Virus record (IMG/VR): IMGVR_UViG_3300042319_002138
Location: 162,304 to 226,303 of that record
Reading direction: 5' to 3' (one strand)
DNA: 64,000 nt
Shown: piece by piece, positions 10,139-20,512 of the stretch
How positions within the stretch are numbered: position 1 is the stretch's first letter
How the letters are laid out: each line of letters opens with the position of its first letter
Notes under the pieces: generated by a model
The model's database searches: none
What the model was told of the DNA's origin: nothing
The model's input: only the letters and a program-made list of their open reading frames with translations
Translations under genes and position numbers: made by a program

Positions 10139-10729
10139 ATGAGTTATACAAGAGAACAAATTGAAACAGCAGTTAAATCAAAAGGATACGTTTGGTTTGA
10201 AGGCACTAAAGATTACGATGTGAACATTGTAGGGGTAAGAAATTCCGCTACTGGAGATAAAGTTACTAATGTATTTGATGATACAATGACTATATCTTAT
10301 AAAGAAAATGGTGAATGGAAATTCCGCACTTGGTCATGTACAACAGACCCAGGTAAAAAAGGGGTTATGGAGTATCATAACGCAGCTGGTGTAGCTAGAT
10401 TAGTGGAAGGTCAGTACAGAGGTTCACACACAATTAGATTACACCAAGGTAAGTATGAGGCGTTAGGTCAAGCAAAGAATGTTAAAGTTTATCGTGATGC
10501 TAATCGTGATATGAAATATGATGAGACTAAAATTACTGAAGGTGTTTACGGTATCAATATTCATAAAGCAGGTGCTGATTCTACTTACGTAGAGAATTGG
10601 TCAGAAGGTTGTCAAGTATTTAAAAAATCAGCTGATTTTGAAGAATTTATGAAAATCTGTAGAAAAGCTAAAGATATTCATGGAAATTCATTTACCTACA
10701 CTCTTATTGAGTCAAAAGATATTGTTTAA
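10139..10729 (+). CDS. Putative peptidoglycan-acting enzyme (GINIH...WSEGCQV, L,D-transpeptidase-like His/Cys pair)
   Basis: His in 'GINIHK' and Cys in 'SEGCQV'; adjacent to lysozyme. Confidence 0.55.
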   Translation: MSYTREQIETAVKSKGYVWFEGTKDYDVNIVGVRNSATGDKVTNVFDDTMTISYKENGEWKFRTWSCTTDPGKKGVMEYHNAAGVARLVEGQYRGSHTIRLHQGKYEALGQAKNVKVYRDANRDMKYDETKITEGVYGINIHKAGADSTYVENWSEGCQVFKKSADFEEFMKICRKAKDIHGNSFTYTLIESKDIV

Positions 10730-10783
10730 CAATATTTAAACAGTAAACCTATAAATCTAAGAAATAGTCATTAATATTAATAA

Positions 10784-11263
10784 ATGGGTAAAATTAATAA
10801 GATATCAAAGACTATAGATTTTATAGAGTACATATCAAAAAATATGGAAAAAGACGATTTAATGTTGTTATATAAAATTAATAATATAACACAAGAAAAA
10901 TTAGAGTTATTTTTCGATTTTATATACTCACTAAATGAGTTAGTTTTAACTACATATATGGGTGATGATGTTACTATCGGTGAAGAAAAGAATAATCATT
11001 TTAAATGGTGTTGGTCAAAAGTGATTAGTTCCTTTAAAGAAGAGAGAATCTACTTCATCGATGTAACAGAATTATTTAATTATTTTAAAGAGTTTTATAA
11101 AGAATCTTTTTATTACGAAGAAGATAAAGATATTGATAGTACAAAAAAGATAACCGAGTTTTGGGGACAGTTGTTTGATTTTAGTAAAGGTAAAACAATG
11201 TCTGAATATGAAACTCTTTTAGAACTCTACAAAATATTTAATAAAAGTTTTGTAGTAAATTAA
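10784..11263 (+). CDS. Hypothetical protein
   Basis: ORF only. Confidence 0.6.
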   Translation: MGKINKISKTIDFIEYISKNMEKDDLMLLYKINNITQEKLELFFDFIYSLNELVLTTYMGDDVTIGEEKNNHFKWCWSKVISSFKEERIYFIDVTELFNYFKEFYKESFYYEEDKDIDSTKKITEFWGQLFDFSKGKTMSEYETLLELYKIFNKSFVVN

Positions 11264-11327
11264 TATTATTTTAACCCAATACTGTTTAATTTTAAACAAA
11301 TTAGGTTAATTTAAATAAAAATGTTTT

Positions 11328-11567
11328 ATGAATTTTAAAGATTTAAATATTGTAAGTAACGAACTTATACAGGAAAAATTAAAAGCCGAATCCAATATCG
11401 AACACTTGATATTAGATAAAAATTTAAATCCAGAAGAAAAAATAAAAAGCATAATCAAGGAATTAGGTAGACTAAAAGACGCGTCATTAATGATTACGTA
11501 TTGGGAGTCTTTTATATCTAATAATTTAATAACCCCTAAAAACGAAGGGGAAAATAATAATGAATAA
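11328..11567 (+). CDS. Hypothetical protein
   Basis: ORF only. Confidence 0.55.
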   Translation: MNFKDLNIVSNELIQEKLKAESNIEHLILDKNLNPEEKIKSIIKELGRLKDASLMITYWESFISNNLITPKNEGENNNE

Positions 11568-11579
11568 AAAATAATTAAA

Positions 11580-11765
11580 ATGGAAAAAATTATTGAACTA
11601 GAAAATCTTGTAAAATCTTTTAGAGATGATTACGAAAAATTTATTGAAAAAGGTAATAAAACTGCTGGTACTAGAGCAAGAAAAACTTTACAAGACATTC
11701 GTAATGTGGCTAAAGACACTAGAGATGAAATTAGTAACACTAAAAAACAAATGGTAACACCGTAA
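11580..11765 (+). CDS. Histone H1-like (Hc1-family) small DNA-binding protein
   Basis: 'KGNKTAGTRARKTLQDIRNVAKDTRDEI' motif. Confidence 0.75.
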   Translation: MEKIIELENLVKSFRDDYEKFIEKGNKTAGTRARKTLQDIRNVAKDTRDEISNTKKQMVTP

Positions 11766-11968
11766 TGGGAGAATTTTTTTTAAATAAAGTTTTATTAGTT
11801 ATATTCATAATGGGTGTCTTTAATGTACTTAAACACTCTTGGAATATAATAAATGGGTTGAGGTCGGAAGTACCCACTAAATACGAAATCTCTACTTGGG
11901 ACAGGTTTTTATTGGGTCTTTCTATCTCATACATTATCACAGCATTACTCACAGGAATTCAATTATAA
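11765..11968 (+). CDS. Small two-TM membrane protein
   Basis: Two hydrophobic segments. Confidence 0.55.
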   Translation: MGEFFLNKVLLVIFIMGVFNVLKHSWNIINGLRSEVPTKYEISTWDRFLLGLSISYIITALLTGIQL

Positions 11969-12417
11969 TGATACAAAAAAGAATAGACAAACTACAACCT
12001 TTTTTTAAGGGGTTAAAAGTTGCTGAAGGTTATAGAATAGTTGAGGTTAACTTAAGAAAGACTTGGGAAATAGAGGAAACAGATGAAATTCAGGTTTCAC
12101 AAAAAGAAACCAAAGAACAAGGTTCTCTTTATAATATGTTTTATTCAGATACAAAAAGTTTTGATGAAATTTTAGATTATATTGAAGAAAAGGTAATTAA
12201 CTATAATCTAGAAATTGAGGAAAAAGAAAGATTACTTAAAGCTAAGGTTGAGGAACTTAAAAGAGTTTTTGAAACAAAAAGTTTAGATGAACTTAATCAC
12301 CTTAAATTCACTACAGAAGAGAATAATCTAAAGTTGAACGCAAAAAACATTATCGCTAATGTTACTACAACAAACGAACAACAAGATAATAACAAAACAA
12401 CAGAAAAAATTTCTTAA
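11968..12417 (+). CDS. Hypothetical coiled-coil protein
   Basis: ATG at 11968 overlaps the upstream stop. Confidence 0.6.
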   Translation: MIQKRIDKLQPFFKGLKVAEGYRIVEVNLRKTWEIEETDEIQVSQKETKEQGSLYNMFYSDTKSFDEILDYIEEKVINYNLEIEEKERLLKAKVEELKRVFETKSLDELNHLKFTTEENNLKLNAKNIIANVTTTNEQQDNNKTTEKIS

Positions 12418-12418
12418 A

Positions 12419-12817
12419 ATGGGGGTTCCTAAAAATTTTCACCAAACAGTTAATCTACCTAAAATGGCTGAGGCTTTAAATGAACTAAGTTTTTATGATT
12501 TTGAGTATTCAGTGGTTTTAACCGAAAATTATAATAAACAATTACGTGAAGCCGAAATCCTAGGTCACATCATTGAAACCGATTTAAATGTTATTGGTAG
12601 AGGTGGTGATTTAGAATTTAGATGTACAAAAAGTTTTAGTGCTTTAGATGACGAAACCGCTAATAATAAAATTACAGAATGGTTAGACACTAAAGTAGAT
12701 AAGGGTGAGATATCACACTACGAAATAAATGGGATGAATTCTAACACTTTTTATGAAGAACTAGAAGAAAGACATTTGGATAAATTATTTGTTAAAGAAG
12801 AAAAAGGGACTAATTAA
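12419..12817 (+). CDS. Hypothetical protein
   Basis: ATG at 12419; terminator at 12802-12829. Confidence 0.55.
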   Translation: MGVPKNFHQTVNLPKMAEALNELSFYDFEYSVVLTENYNKQLREAEILGHIIETDLNVIGRGGDLEFRCTKSFSALDDETANNKITEWLDTKVDKGEISHYEINGMNSNTFYEELEERHLDKLFVKEEKGTN

Positions 12818-12827
12818 GTCCCTTTTT

Positions 12828-13172
12828 TTATTCCTCATTAAAGGCTCTTTCAGCCATTTCCTGAAATGTATGGATTAACCAAGTAGTACCTGAGGCTAAC
12901 ATACCGTCAAAAAATACGGAAGTAACTTCATTAGGTATTGTAAAAAATCCAAGATTTAAATCTCCTAAACCATAGTACAAACTAGGTGAGAAAAATGTTA
13001 ATGAAAGGAAGAATCCTGCCCATGTAGGAAAACACATCATACAAGAAACTAGTTTACCCCAAAAATTAGGGCTCTTCTTAGTCAAAAACTCTCTCATACT
13101 GCCAAATATTGTTCCATAAACAATGATATTTGACAATCCATAACAAACTAAAATAAATAATAATGTATTCAT
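12828..13172 (-). CDS. Membrane protein, DUF1360-like
   Basis: Hydrophobic helices with 'LVSCMMCFPTW' CxxC motif. Confidence 0.6.
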   Translation of the reverse strand: MNTLLFILVCYGLSNIIVYGTIFGSMREFLTKKSPNFWGKLVSCMMCFPTWAGFFLSLTFFSPSLYYGLGDLNLGFFTIPNEVTSVFFDGMLASGTTWLIHTFQEMAERAFNEE

Positions 13173-13218
13173 ACTGTATTGTTTTTATATTTATAAGTAT
13201 AATGAATTTATATATATA

Positions 13219-13653
13219 ATGAAAGAGTCTGTAGGAATTTTAATAATAGCAAGAGATACAAATAACTTTCTTTTGTTACATAGGTCTGATAGGCCAATAG
13301 TATGGTCCATTTTAACGGGTACTATGGATGTTGAAGGTGAGACACCATTAGATTGTGTTAAAAGAGAGATTGAAGAGGAAATAAGGGTAGATTCTAGTCA
13401 AATACAAAACATTAAGTTATTAGATACAATAACAAATGATTACGGTCTTTTTCATGTCTTTGTTGGGTTTGTTGATGAAGAATTTAAACCTAATCTAAAA
13501 TTAGATGAAAATGATGATTATATGTGGTCTAATGAAAATAATTTACCAAAACCAATACATAAAGGTTGGAATAAAACTTTCCAATTAGTAGAACCCATAT
13601 TAAATTTAAGAGAATCAATTAACAGAAAATTAAACAAATTGTTATATGAATAG
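13219..13653 (+). CDS. NUDIX hydrolase
   Basis: Nudix box 'GTMDVEGETPLDCVKREIEEEI'. Confidence 0.88.
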   Translation: MKESVGILIIARDTNNFLLLHRSDRPIVWSILTGTMDVEGETPLDCVKREIEEEIRVDSSQIQNIKLLDTITNDYGLFHVFVGFVDEEFKPNLKLDENDDYMWSNENNLPKPIHKGWNKTFQLVEPILNLRESINRKLNKLLYE

Positions 13654-13843
13654 AGAAGAATGGGAAATAGAACAAGAAAGAAGAAAAATTGTACAAGACC
13701 AATTAGTAACTGAACATAAAAAAAATAAGTTCATTAATGAGATAATGGGTGGTTTGGGTGAAATCATTAAAAAAGAACCAAATACAGTTCAAAAAAAACT
13801 CACTAAATGGGAAAAATTTAAAAAATTAATAGGATGGAATTAA
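13646..13843 (+). CDS. Hypothetical protein
   Basis: ORF in operon. Confidence 0.55.
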   Translation: MNREEWEIEQERRKIVQDQLVTEHKKNKFINEIMGGLGEIIKKEPNTVQKKLTKWEKFKKLIGWN

Positions 13844-14070
13844 AAAGTTTTGTTGATTTTGCTTACTCCATGGTCAATATGGATGAAGTAAAAGCAGGTA
13901 AATTCCTTTTACCAAAAGAAATAGTATATGATTTACGTGATGATTTACATAGAGAAATCCATAGAGAAATCCAAAGAGAAATTAAAAAAGATAACAACAC
14001 TAATTTAGACCAAGAGTTTGAGGTAGAAATTTATAACATAAATTTTAAATTCTTAAAAAACACTATATAA
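13834..14070 (+). CDS. Hypothetical protein
   Basis: ORF in operon. Confidence 0.55.
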   Translation: MELKSFVDFAYSMVNMDEVKAGKFLLPKEIVYDLRDDLHREIHREIQREIKKDNNTNLDQEFEVEIYNINFKFLKNTI

Positions 14071-14672
14071 TGGGTTTAAAATCATATTTACACACAGATT
14101 TAGTAGAATGTGGTGTTGATGAGGTCGGTAGAGGTTCGTTAGCTGGACCTGTTTTTGCGGCAGCAGTAATCCTACCCAAATATTTTACATCTGAACAAAT
14201 TAAAGACTCAAAAAAACTAACAGAAAAAGGTAGACAAAGAGCTCTTAAAGAAATTGAAGAAAATGCGATAGCTATTTCAGTTGAGATGGTTGATGTGGAA
14301 GGTATCGACACCTACAACATCCAAAACGCAACATTTGGTGCAATGAATAAAGCTATTACTTCTTTATCAGTTAAACCTGAACATATCTTGGTTGATGGTA
14401 ATATTTTTGATTCTTTTGAAGAGATACCTTATACTTGTGTTATTAAAGGTGATAATGAATATCTTTCTATTGCTGCTGCTTCAATTGTAGCTAAAGTTTA
14501 TCGTGATGAATACATGAACTTTCTCCACGAAAAATTTCCTTCATATAAGTGGGATAAAAATAAGGGGTATGGAAGTAGTCACCACATTCAAACTATAAAA
14601 GAAGAAGGTATAACTAGTCACCATAGAAAAAGTTTTTTAAAGAAAATTTTAACGACTACTACTTCTATATAG
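14070..14672 (+). CDS. rnhB: Ribonuclease HII
   Basis: 'GVDEVGRGSLAGPV', 'DSKKL', 'VIKGD...SIAAASIVAKVYRD', 'KGYG'. Confidence 0.95.
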   Translation: MGLKSYLHTDLVECGVDEVGRGSLAGPVFAAAVILPKYFTSEQIKDSKKLTEKGRQRALKEIEENAIAISVEMVDVEGIDTYNIQNATFGAMNKAITSLSVKPEHILVDGNIFDSFEEIPYTCVIKGDNEYLSIAAASIVAKVYRDEYMNFLHEKFPSYKWDKNKGYGSSHHIQTIKEEGITSHHRKSFLKKILTTTTSI

Positions 14673-15290
14673 TCTATTGTAACCTACACCAGTTACTGAA
14701 TTCAATTTTTTGTACCATTCTTTTTTATTTTCTTTAGGTACAGAACCAAAGAAAATAATGTGTTTAACTCTGTTGTCATAGCAATGGATACGTAATCTAT
14801 TGTACAATCTAGTGGCCTCACTAACATCCTTACAAGTAACCATATTTAAAGCTAAACCTTCTATAACAATTTTATTATTTAAAATAACAACCTGTTTAGG
14901 GTTTTTATCACTTAATTTACTCAACAAAACGTAACTAATAATCTCTTGGGTGTTTAATTTTCTATTTGCACCCGTTACCGAAAATTGTTCCTCTATTTGA
15001 TATTCAGAACGGCCTAAAACAACCCAATCAGGGTCCTCCATAAATGATTCTAATAATTTACCATATTTATCCCGTAGAATAATACTTTTATCACCCTCAC
15101 CTCTTTTCTTTAAGAGTAAGACATGATAAACTACCTCCGTTAAAACTTTGTTTTTATAAACTTGTTTTTTCGGATATTGTATTTGTTTATTACTTACGTT
15201 TGTAAAACGATAAAGAGCATCATATTCCCGACTATATTTGTATAGTGTTTTGACTTTCTTATCATTTTCTGTTAATATTATTTCGTACAT
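14649..15290 (-). CDS. Hypothetical basic protein
   Basis: 213-aa ORF. Confidence 0.6.
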   Translation of the reverse strand: MYEIILTENDKKVKTLYKYSREYDALYRFTNVSNKQIQYPKKQVYKNKVLTEVVYHVLLLKKRGEGDKSIILRDKYGKLLESFMEDPDWVVLGRSEYQIEEQFSVTGANRKLNTQEIISYVLLSKLSDKNPKQVVILNNKIVIEGLALNMVTCKDVSEATRLYNRLRIHCYDNRVKHIIFFGSVPKENKKEWYKKLNSVTGVGYNRLYRSSSR

Positions 15291-15348
15291 ATTACTTTTT
15301 AATATTACATACGTTTACAAAAAATGTCCACACTATTATTATTAACAA

Positions 15349-16281
15349 ATGAAAGAATATTATGATATTTTAGGTTTAAATGAAGGAGCTAAAGAAGAAG
15401 ATATAAAAAAGGCATATAGAAAAATGTCTAAAAAATATCACCCAGATTTAAACCCAAACAACAAAGAGGCTGAAGAAAACTTTAAAAAGGTTGTTGAAGC
15501 TTACGAAATATTAACAGGGAAACAAAAACCAAAAAACCAAGGAAATCCTTTTGGTGGTTTTAACCCTTTCCAAGGAGGTCCACAAAAAGCTAGACCTTTA
15601 AAATTAGTTATAGAATTAACCCTTGAGGAATCTTATTATGGTTGTGATAAGATTATTAATTTCCATTCTACCGAAGCTTGTGACAAATGTCATGGGGAAG
15701 GAGGTTTTGAACCACAACAGTGTAACCAATGTGGTGGGAATGGTCATATACAACAAGGCCCATTTTTATTTATGTGTAATAATTGTGGTGGTAACGGTAA
15801 ATTATTTAAATCTGTTTGTTATCACTGTAATGGTAATGGTGCTGTTAAAACGATTAGAAGTGTTGAGGTTAAAGTACCTAGTGGAACAGTTGATGATTCT
15901 TTCTTTACCTACCCTGGTTTAGGTGATTGGGTTAAGAATGCCCAAAGGGGGGATTTGTATTTTATTACCAAGTTAAAACCACATGATGTTTATACTTTAG
16001 AAGGTTTAAATCTTAAAAGAAAATTAGACATTCCAATCCTAGACATTTTATTAGGTATTGAAAGTGAGTTTAGTACTTTAGATGGTAGTGTTAAAGTAAA
16101 GATACCTAAGTTATCTGAGACAAATAAAACGTTTAGATTACGTGGTAAGGGTTTTGTGGATGGTTCTACTGGTATAACCGGTGATTTATACGTTACATTA
16201 AACCCAATAATACCAAAAGAATTATCTGATATTGAAGAATATAAGATAAGGGAGTTAAAAAATATGCCCAACTTTAGTTAA
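15349..16281 (+). CDS. dnaJ: DnaJ chaperone
   Basis: J domain with HPD, four CxxCxGxG repeats, C-terminal domain. Confidence 0.93.
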   Translation: MKEYYDILGLNEGAKEEDIKKAYRKMSKKYHPDLNPNNKEAEENFKKVVEAYEILTGKQKPKNQGNPFGGFNPFQGGPQKARPLKLVIELTLEESYYGCDKIINFHSTEACDKCHGEGGFEPQQCNQCGGNGHIQQGPFLFMCNNCGGNGKLFKSVCYHCNGNGAVKTIRSVEVKVPSGTVDDSFFTYPGLGDWVKNAQRGDLYFITKLKPHDVYTLEGLNLKRKLDIPILDILLGIESEFSTLDGSVKVKIPKLSETNKTFRLRGKGFVDGSTGITGDLYVTLNPIIPKELSDIEEYKIRELKNMPNFS

Positions 16282-16304
16282 AGGATATTTATAATAAAAC
16301 TTTA

Positions 16305-17504
16305 ATGAAAAAAGTAGAATTACTTAACGAGATAATGGGTGTCCCTAAAGATTTGGACCCATGGGTTGAATCTTTAACAAAATTACTATTGGATGAGATT
16401 AAATCTGAAATAAGAGGTGGTTGGGCCGAAGAAGGTAGATTTAACTACACAGACCCAAACACAGGAGAAGAAATAGAAGATTTTGCTAATAAATCAAATG
16501 ATGTTGAAATATCTGGTGGTGAGGTAATGGATTTTGTTATGAAAGACAATGGTTTTAGTGATATGAAAGATTTCCTAAATTCAAAAATGTTTCAATCATT
16601 GCCAATATGGAAACCTAGGATAACTTTTAATGTTGTAGGAATACCTTCGATAGTGTTAAAACAAGAGGATGGGACAATACAAGCCTCTGTAGGTGGTGAG
16701 ATAACCCAAAAACTAAGTAAACTAGGTAAACATATGGTTTTATCAAAACTATACCTAGATTTTAATGTAATTATTGAAAAAGAAGGTATGTCTACTAAAG
16801 ATGTTAATGAATTAAGAGAAACTATAGCTCACGAACTTTTACACGTTTATCAAAAATGTAAACAATTAAAGGCTGGTAAAGATGTACATTTTGGTAAAGA
16901 AACCGCTCTAAATGCTGTGGCTAATAACCATTATTTTAGGGAAATAGGTATTGATTGGTGGCGTGATTTTCTTAATTTAGTATACCTACACTTATCTTTT
17001 GAGATTAACGCTAGAATTGAACAGTTATATTATAAATTAAAAAATAAGGACATTAAAACAACTGATGATTTTGTAAGAGAATTACATAAATCAGAGGTTT
17101 GGCGTCAAATGAAGATGTTGGAAGATTTTAACGCTGAAGAATATTTAAAAAGTTTCCAATTACCGTCAGCTGGTAGTAAACGTAATCCATTATATATGTT
17201 ACATAAATTAATGAGAGATACACAACTTAAGTCTATGGGAGTAGACACAAGTTCCAAGGATAGTGCTATAAAATCTTTAATAAACCTTTGGGATACTGTA
17301 TTAGAGAACGGTGTAAAAGGAATTCAATCTGTTGGGGTAAATATTAGTATGGATAAAGTTCCACAAAAAGCTAAAGAAGACCCTTACGTATTTTTTAAAT
17401 TCTTTGAAAAACGTTTTCATAAAAAAGCTGAAACATGGAAGAAAAAAATGTACCGAGTTGGTGCATTAATTTTACAAGAAAACAATGAAGGTACTTTACA
17501 ATAA
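16305..17504 (+). CDS. Putative zinc metallopeptidase-like protein
   Basis: 'TIAHELLHVYQ' HExxH plus downstream 'EINAR'; GATATTTATA upstream. Confidence 0.55.
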   Translation: MKKVELLNEIMGVPKDLDPWVESLTKLLLDEIKSEIRGGWAEEGRFNYTDPNTGEEIEDFANKSNDVEISGGEVMDFVMKDNGFSDMKDFLNSKMFQSLPIWKPRITFNVVGIPSIVLKQEDGTIQASVGGEITQKLSKLGKHMVLSKLYLDFNVIIEKEGMSTKDVNELRETIAHELLHVYQKCKQLKAGKDVHFGKETALNAVANNHYFREIGIDWWRDFLNLVYLHLSFEINARIEQLYYKLKNKDIKTTDDFVRELHKSEVWRQMKMLEDFNAEEYLKSFQLPSAGSKRNPLYMLHKLMRDTQLKSMGVDTSSKDSAIKSLINLWDTVLENGVKGIQSVGVNISMDKVPQKAKEDPYVFFKFFEKRFHKKAETWKKKMYRVGALILQENNEGTLQ

Positions 17505-17554
17505 GTTTTTTTAATAGTAGATTTAATATATAATAAAAATAAAATATTGTTAAA

Positions 17555-17968
17555 ATGATTAAAGAAGGAAGTAAAGTAAAAGTACATTACACAGGTAAAT
17601 TTGAAGATAATAATGTTTTCGATTCATCTACAGGTAAAGACCCAATCGAATTCGTTGTTGGTGAGGGTAATTTGATTCTTGGTTTTGAACAAGGTGTTAT
17701 GGGGTTGTCGGCAGGTGATAAAAAAACTGTTGAATTAGAACCAGAGCAAGCTTATGGACCATATAACGAAGAACTAGTTAACCAAGTACCTCTTGATAGA
17801 GTACCTGAAGGAGTACAAGCAGGTCAAATGTTGGAAGCACAAACAGAAGCGGGGCCAATTCCTGTTGTTGTTACTGATGTAAACGAAGAAACTGTTACCA
17901 TCGATGCTAATCACCCATTGGCTGGTAGAAAATTGATTTTTGAATTGGAAATTGTTGAAGTAGCGTAA
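17555..17968 (+). CDS. FKBP-type peptidyl-prolyl isomerase (SlyD/FkpB-like)
   Basis: 'VKVHYTGK...FDSS', 'PEQAYG', 'IDANHPLAG'. Confidence 0.93.
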   Translation: MIKEGSKVKVHYTGKFEDNNVFDSSTGKDPIEFVVGEGNLILGFEQGVMGLSAGDKKTVELEPEQAYGPYNEELVNQVPLDRVPEGVQAGQMLEAQTEAGPIPVVVTDVNEETVTIDANHPLAGRKLIFELEIVEVA

Positions 17969-18038
17969 TTTTTAAAAAAATCATAAAAAAAATAATCCTA
18001 TATGTTAATCATGTGGGATTTTTTTTTATCTTTGTGTT

Positions 18039-18212
18039 ATGAAAAAACCCTGTAAAGAATGTCCTCACTTTATCCGTAATCGTCATAATGATATGATTGT
18101 GGAGTTCGGTGAAAAAACGGGAAAGAAACACAATTGTCACATGACGGAAGGAAAAAAAGATTTGTGGAATGTGACGGATAAAAAACTTGAATGTTATGGA
18201 AGTAAAAACTAA
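18039..18212 (+). CDS. Small Cys/His (putative Zn-binding) protein, not in the ORF track
   Basis: 57 aa MKKPCKECPHF...HNCHM...LECYGSKN; TATCTTTG promoter directly upstream. Confidence 0.6.
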   Translation: MKKPCKECPHFIRNRHNDMIVEFGEKTGKKHNCHMTEGKKDLWNVTDKKLECYGSKN

Positions 18213-18525
18213 ATTTGGAACATATATAGAAATGGAAACAGAAACTAGTACAAAAATAAGTACAGATAAACTCGGAGTGTTTGTTGAACGACTTAAAAAA
18301 ATAGGAATTGATGTAAAACTATCAGGAAATTTTCCTTGGGTTTATCTTGGTAAAATCAATGGTGTTAGAGTTACTGAAACATTTTATGCTAATCACGGGT
18401 TTACTGTGATGTTTCTTCCTAGTAGAATGGATAGTCCACCATCCGAGTTTACAGACATTACGGAGATTTTTAAATTAATTAGAAAATATACAAAAAAACC
18501 TATTGACAAATCAGAAAATAAATAG
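18187..18525 (+). CDS. Hypothetical protein
   Basis: ORF; probable ATG at 18196. Confidence 0.55.
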   Translation: MNVMEVKTKFGTYIEMETETSTKISTDKLGVFVERLKKIGIDVKLSGNFPWVYLGKINGVRVTETFYANHGFTVMFLPSRMDSPPSEFTDITEIFKLIRKYTKKPIDKSENK

Positions 18526-18573
18526 TATAATTTATAACTGTTTTAAAGAAACCTAATTAAAAAAATAGAAATT

Positions 18574-20016
18574 ATGTCAAGATTAACTGAAGCATTACAA
18601 ACTGAAAACACAACCACTAAGAACGGGATGGAAACTAATTCATCTTCTCTTAATGAGTGTGTTAACCTTTTCTTCTCCATTGGAGCAATGAGAGGTAAAA
18701 GTTCTGAGAGTGTTGTAAAACTTTTCTCAAAGGCTTTCAGTGAAGAACCAACTACAGCATTAAGAATCCTTTTTTGGGCAAGAGATGTTAGAGGTGGTGC
18801 TGGTGAGAGAAAAATCTTTAGAGATATTTTATCTTACCTAGTTGATAACTACTCAAAAGTAGTTAAAGTTAATCTTAACTTAATTCCTGAATACGGGAGA
18901 TGGGATGACGTTCATATCCTTTTCGGAACTGAATTGGAAAATGACGCCATCACACTTCTTGTAGAAGGTTTAAAAAGTGGTAATGGTTTATGTGCTAAAT
19001 GGATGCCCCGTAAAGGTTTGGTATTTAATAAAGTACGTAAAGCACTTAAGTTGGACCCAAAATCCCTTAGAAAATTACTTGTGTCTTTGTCAAACACGGT
19101 AGAACAAAAAATGTGTTCGAAAAGTTGGGCAGAGATTGAGTATTCAAAGACACCATCTTTGGCTATGTCAAGGTATACAAAAGCTTTTGGCAGAAACGAC
19201 CAAGAAAGATTTGGTCAATTTATTGAAGCCCTTCAAAAAGGTGAAACTAAAGTTAACGCCGGAGCTTTGTATCCTTACGATGTTACCAAGAATCTTAGAT
19301 TCGGTAATAAAGATTTGGCTAATGAACAATGGAAAGCCCTACCAAATTATATGGAAGGTTCAACAGAACTTGTCCTACCTTTGGTTGACGTTTCAGGTTC
19401 AATGGATTGTTCGGTAGGAGGTAATCCAAACCTTACATGTATGGAGGTGGCTATTTCTTTGGGTATGTACATCTCTGAAAGAAATGAGGGAGCATTTAAA
19501 GATATGTTTATGACATTTTCTTCAAATCCCGAAATTCAAAAATTGATGGGTCCACTTAGTGACCGTTACAATCAATTAGCTAGAGCTAAATGGGGTATGT
19601 CAACTAATTTAGAAGCAGCGTTCAAGACTATCTTGAATCAAGCAGTTAAATTTGGTGTTCCACAGGAAGAGATGCCAACAAAGATTCTTATCCTATCCGA
19701 TATGGAGTTTGATTCCGCTACTAGTAGTGGTTGGGGAAATGAATCTGATTGGAATCCCTCGGCTATGTCGATGATTGATGAAATGTACACTAACGCTGGT
19801 TATGTAAAACCTGGAATTATTTTCTGGAACCTACATTCCAACGGGGGTAATTTCCCAGCAAGATTTGATGAGGTTGGAACTGCTTTAATTAGTGGTTTCA
19901 GTCCATCAATCTTGAAATCGGTTCTGAATAATCCTAACAGTTTAACACCTGTTAATATTATGAATGAAACCGTACATTCAGAAAGATATGAACCTGTAAA
20001 GGTTTGGATTCTTTAA
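18574..20016 (+). CDS. DUF2828-type Ro60/TROVE-like protein with vWA domain
   Basis: 'FWARDVRGGAGER', 'PEYGRWDD', 'AKWMPR', MIDAS 'DVSGSM', 'ILSDMEFD', 'IIFWNL'. Confidence 0.8.
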   Translation: MSRLTEALQTENTTTKNGMETNSSSLNECVNLFFSIGAMRGKSSESVVKLFSKAFSEEPTTALRILFWARDVRGGAGERKIFRDILSYLVDNYSKVVKVNLNLIPEYGRWDDVHILFGTELENDAITLLVEGLKSGNGLCAKWMPRKGLVFNKVRKALKLDPKSLRKLLVSLSNTVEQKMCSKSWAEIEYSKTPSLAMSRYTKAFGRNDQERFGQFIEALQKGETKVNAGALYPYDVTKNLRFGNKDLANEQWKALPNYMEGSTELVLPLVDVSGSMDCSVGGNPNLTCMEVAISLGMYISERNEGAFKDMFMTFSSNPEIQKLMGPLSDRYNQLARAKWGMSTNLEAAFKTILNQAVKFGVPQEEMPTKILILSDMEFDSATSSGWGNESDWNPSAMSMIDEMYTNAGYVKPGIIFWNLHSNGGNFPARFDEVGTALISGFSPSILKSVLNNPNSLTPVNIMNETVHSERYEPVKVWIL

Positions 20017-20020
20017 AATA

Positions 20021-20178
20021 TTGTGGTATTGAGGAATAATTGCAGCAAAATTAAAATCTTAAATTTATAGCTACATAAGAGAGGGCTTTGATAACCCGTC
20101 TAACCACAAGGGTGTAAAGGTGAAAGCCGGGGACCACTCAGAGTTAGACAAAAGAGTCAAACGATTCTGTTACCACAA
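20021..20178 (+). ncRNA. Candidate structured RNA A downstream of the Ro-like gene
   Basis: Terminal stem TTGTGGTA/TTACCACAA and inner GAAT..GCAGCAA ... ATTCTG. Confidence 0.6.
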
Positions 20179-20189
20179 AATTATTAAAA

Positions 20190-20512
20190 AGGTGTAATGG
20201 GTACGTCAAACGAGACTATAAGACCCAATAAACGAATGGTTTCTGCAAATTCTTCTAGAAACTTGTAAGAACGACGAGGGGTTTTACCGATTTACCCCAA
20301 ATTAAATTATAAATTGGCGACCATAGGAGAGTTTAAACGTGGGAAAATCTCACACTTGAGGTCGTAAAACATACCTCTTGATTATCACAAGTAAAAATGG
20401 TAGTTGGATTTGTCTCAATCAAATAAAAGACACCCGAACCAAAATGGGTTAATAATATTGGGGTGGTTACTCAGCCACCGAAAATAACAAAAGGACCACC
20501 ATTCCGACACCT
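20190..20512 (+). ncRNA. Candidate structured RNA B downstream of the Ro-like gene
   Basis: Terminal stem AGGTGT/ACACCT and inner GAATGGT..CTGCAA ... ACCATTCCG; followed by terminator at 20521-20545. Confidence 0.6.
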
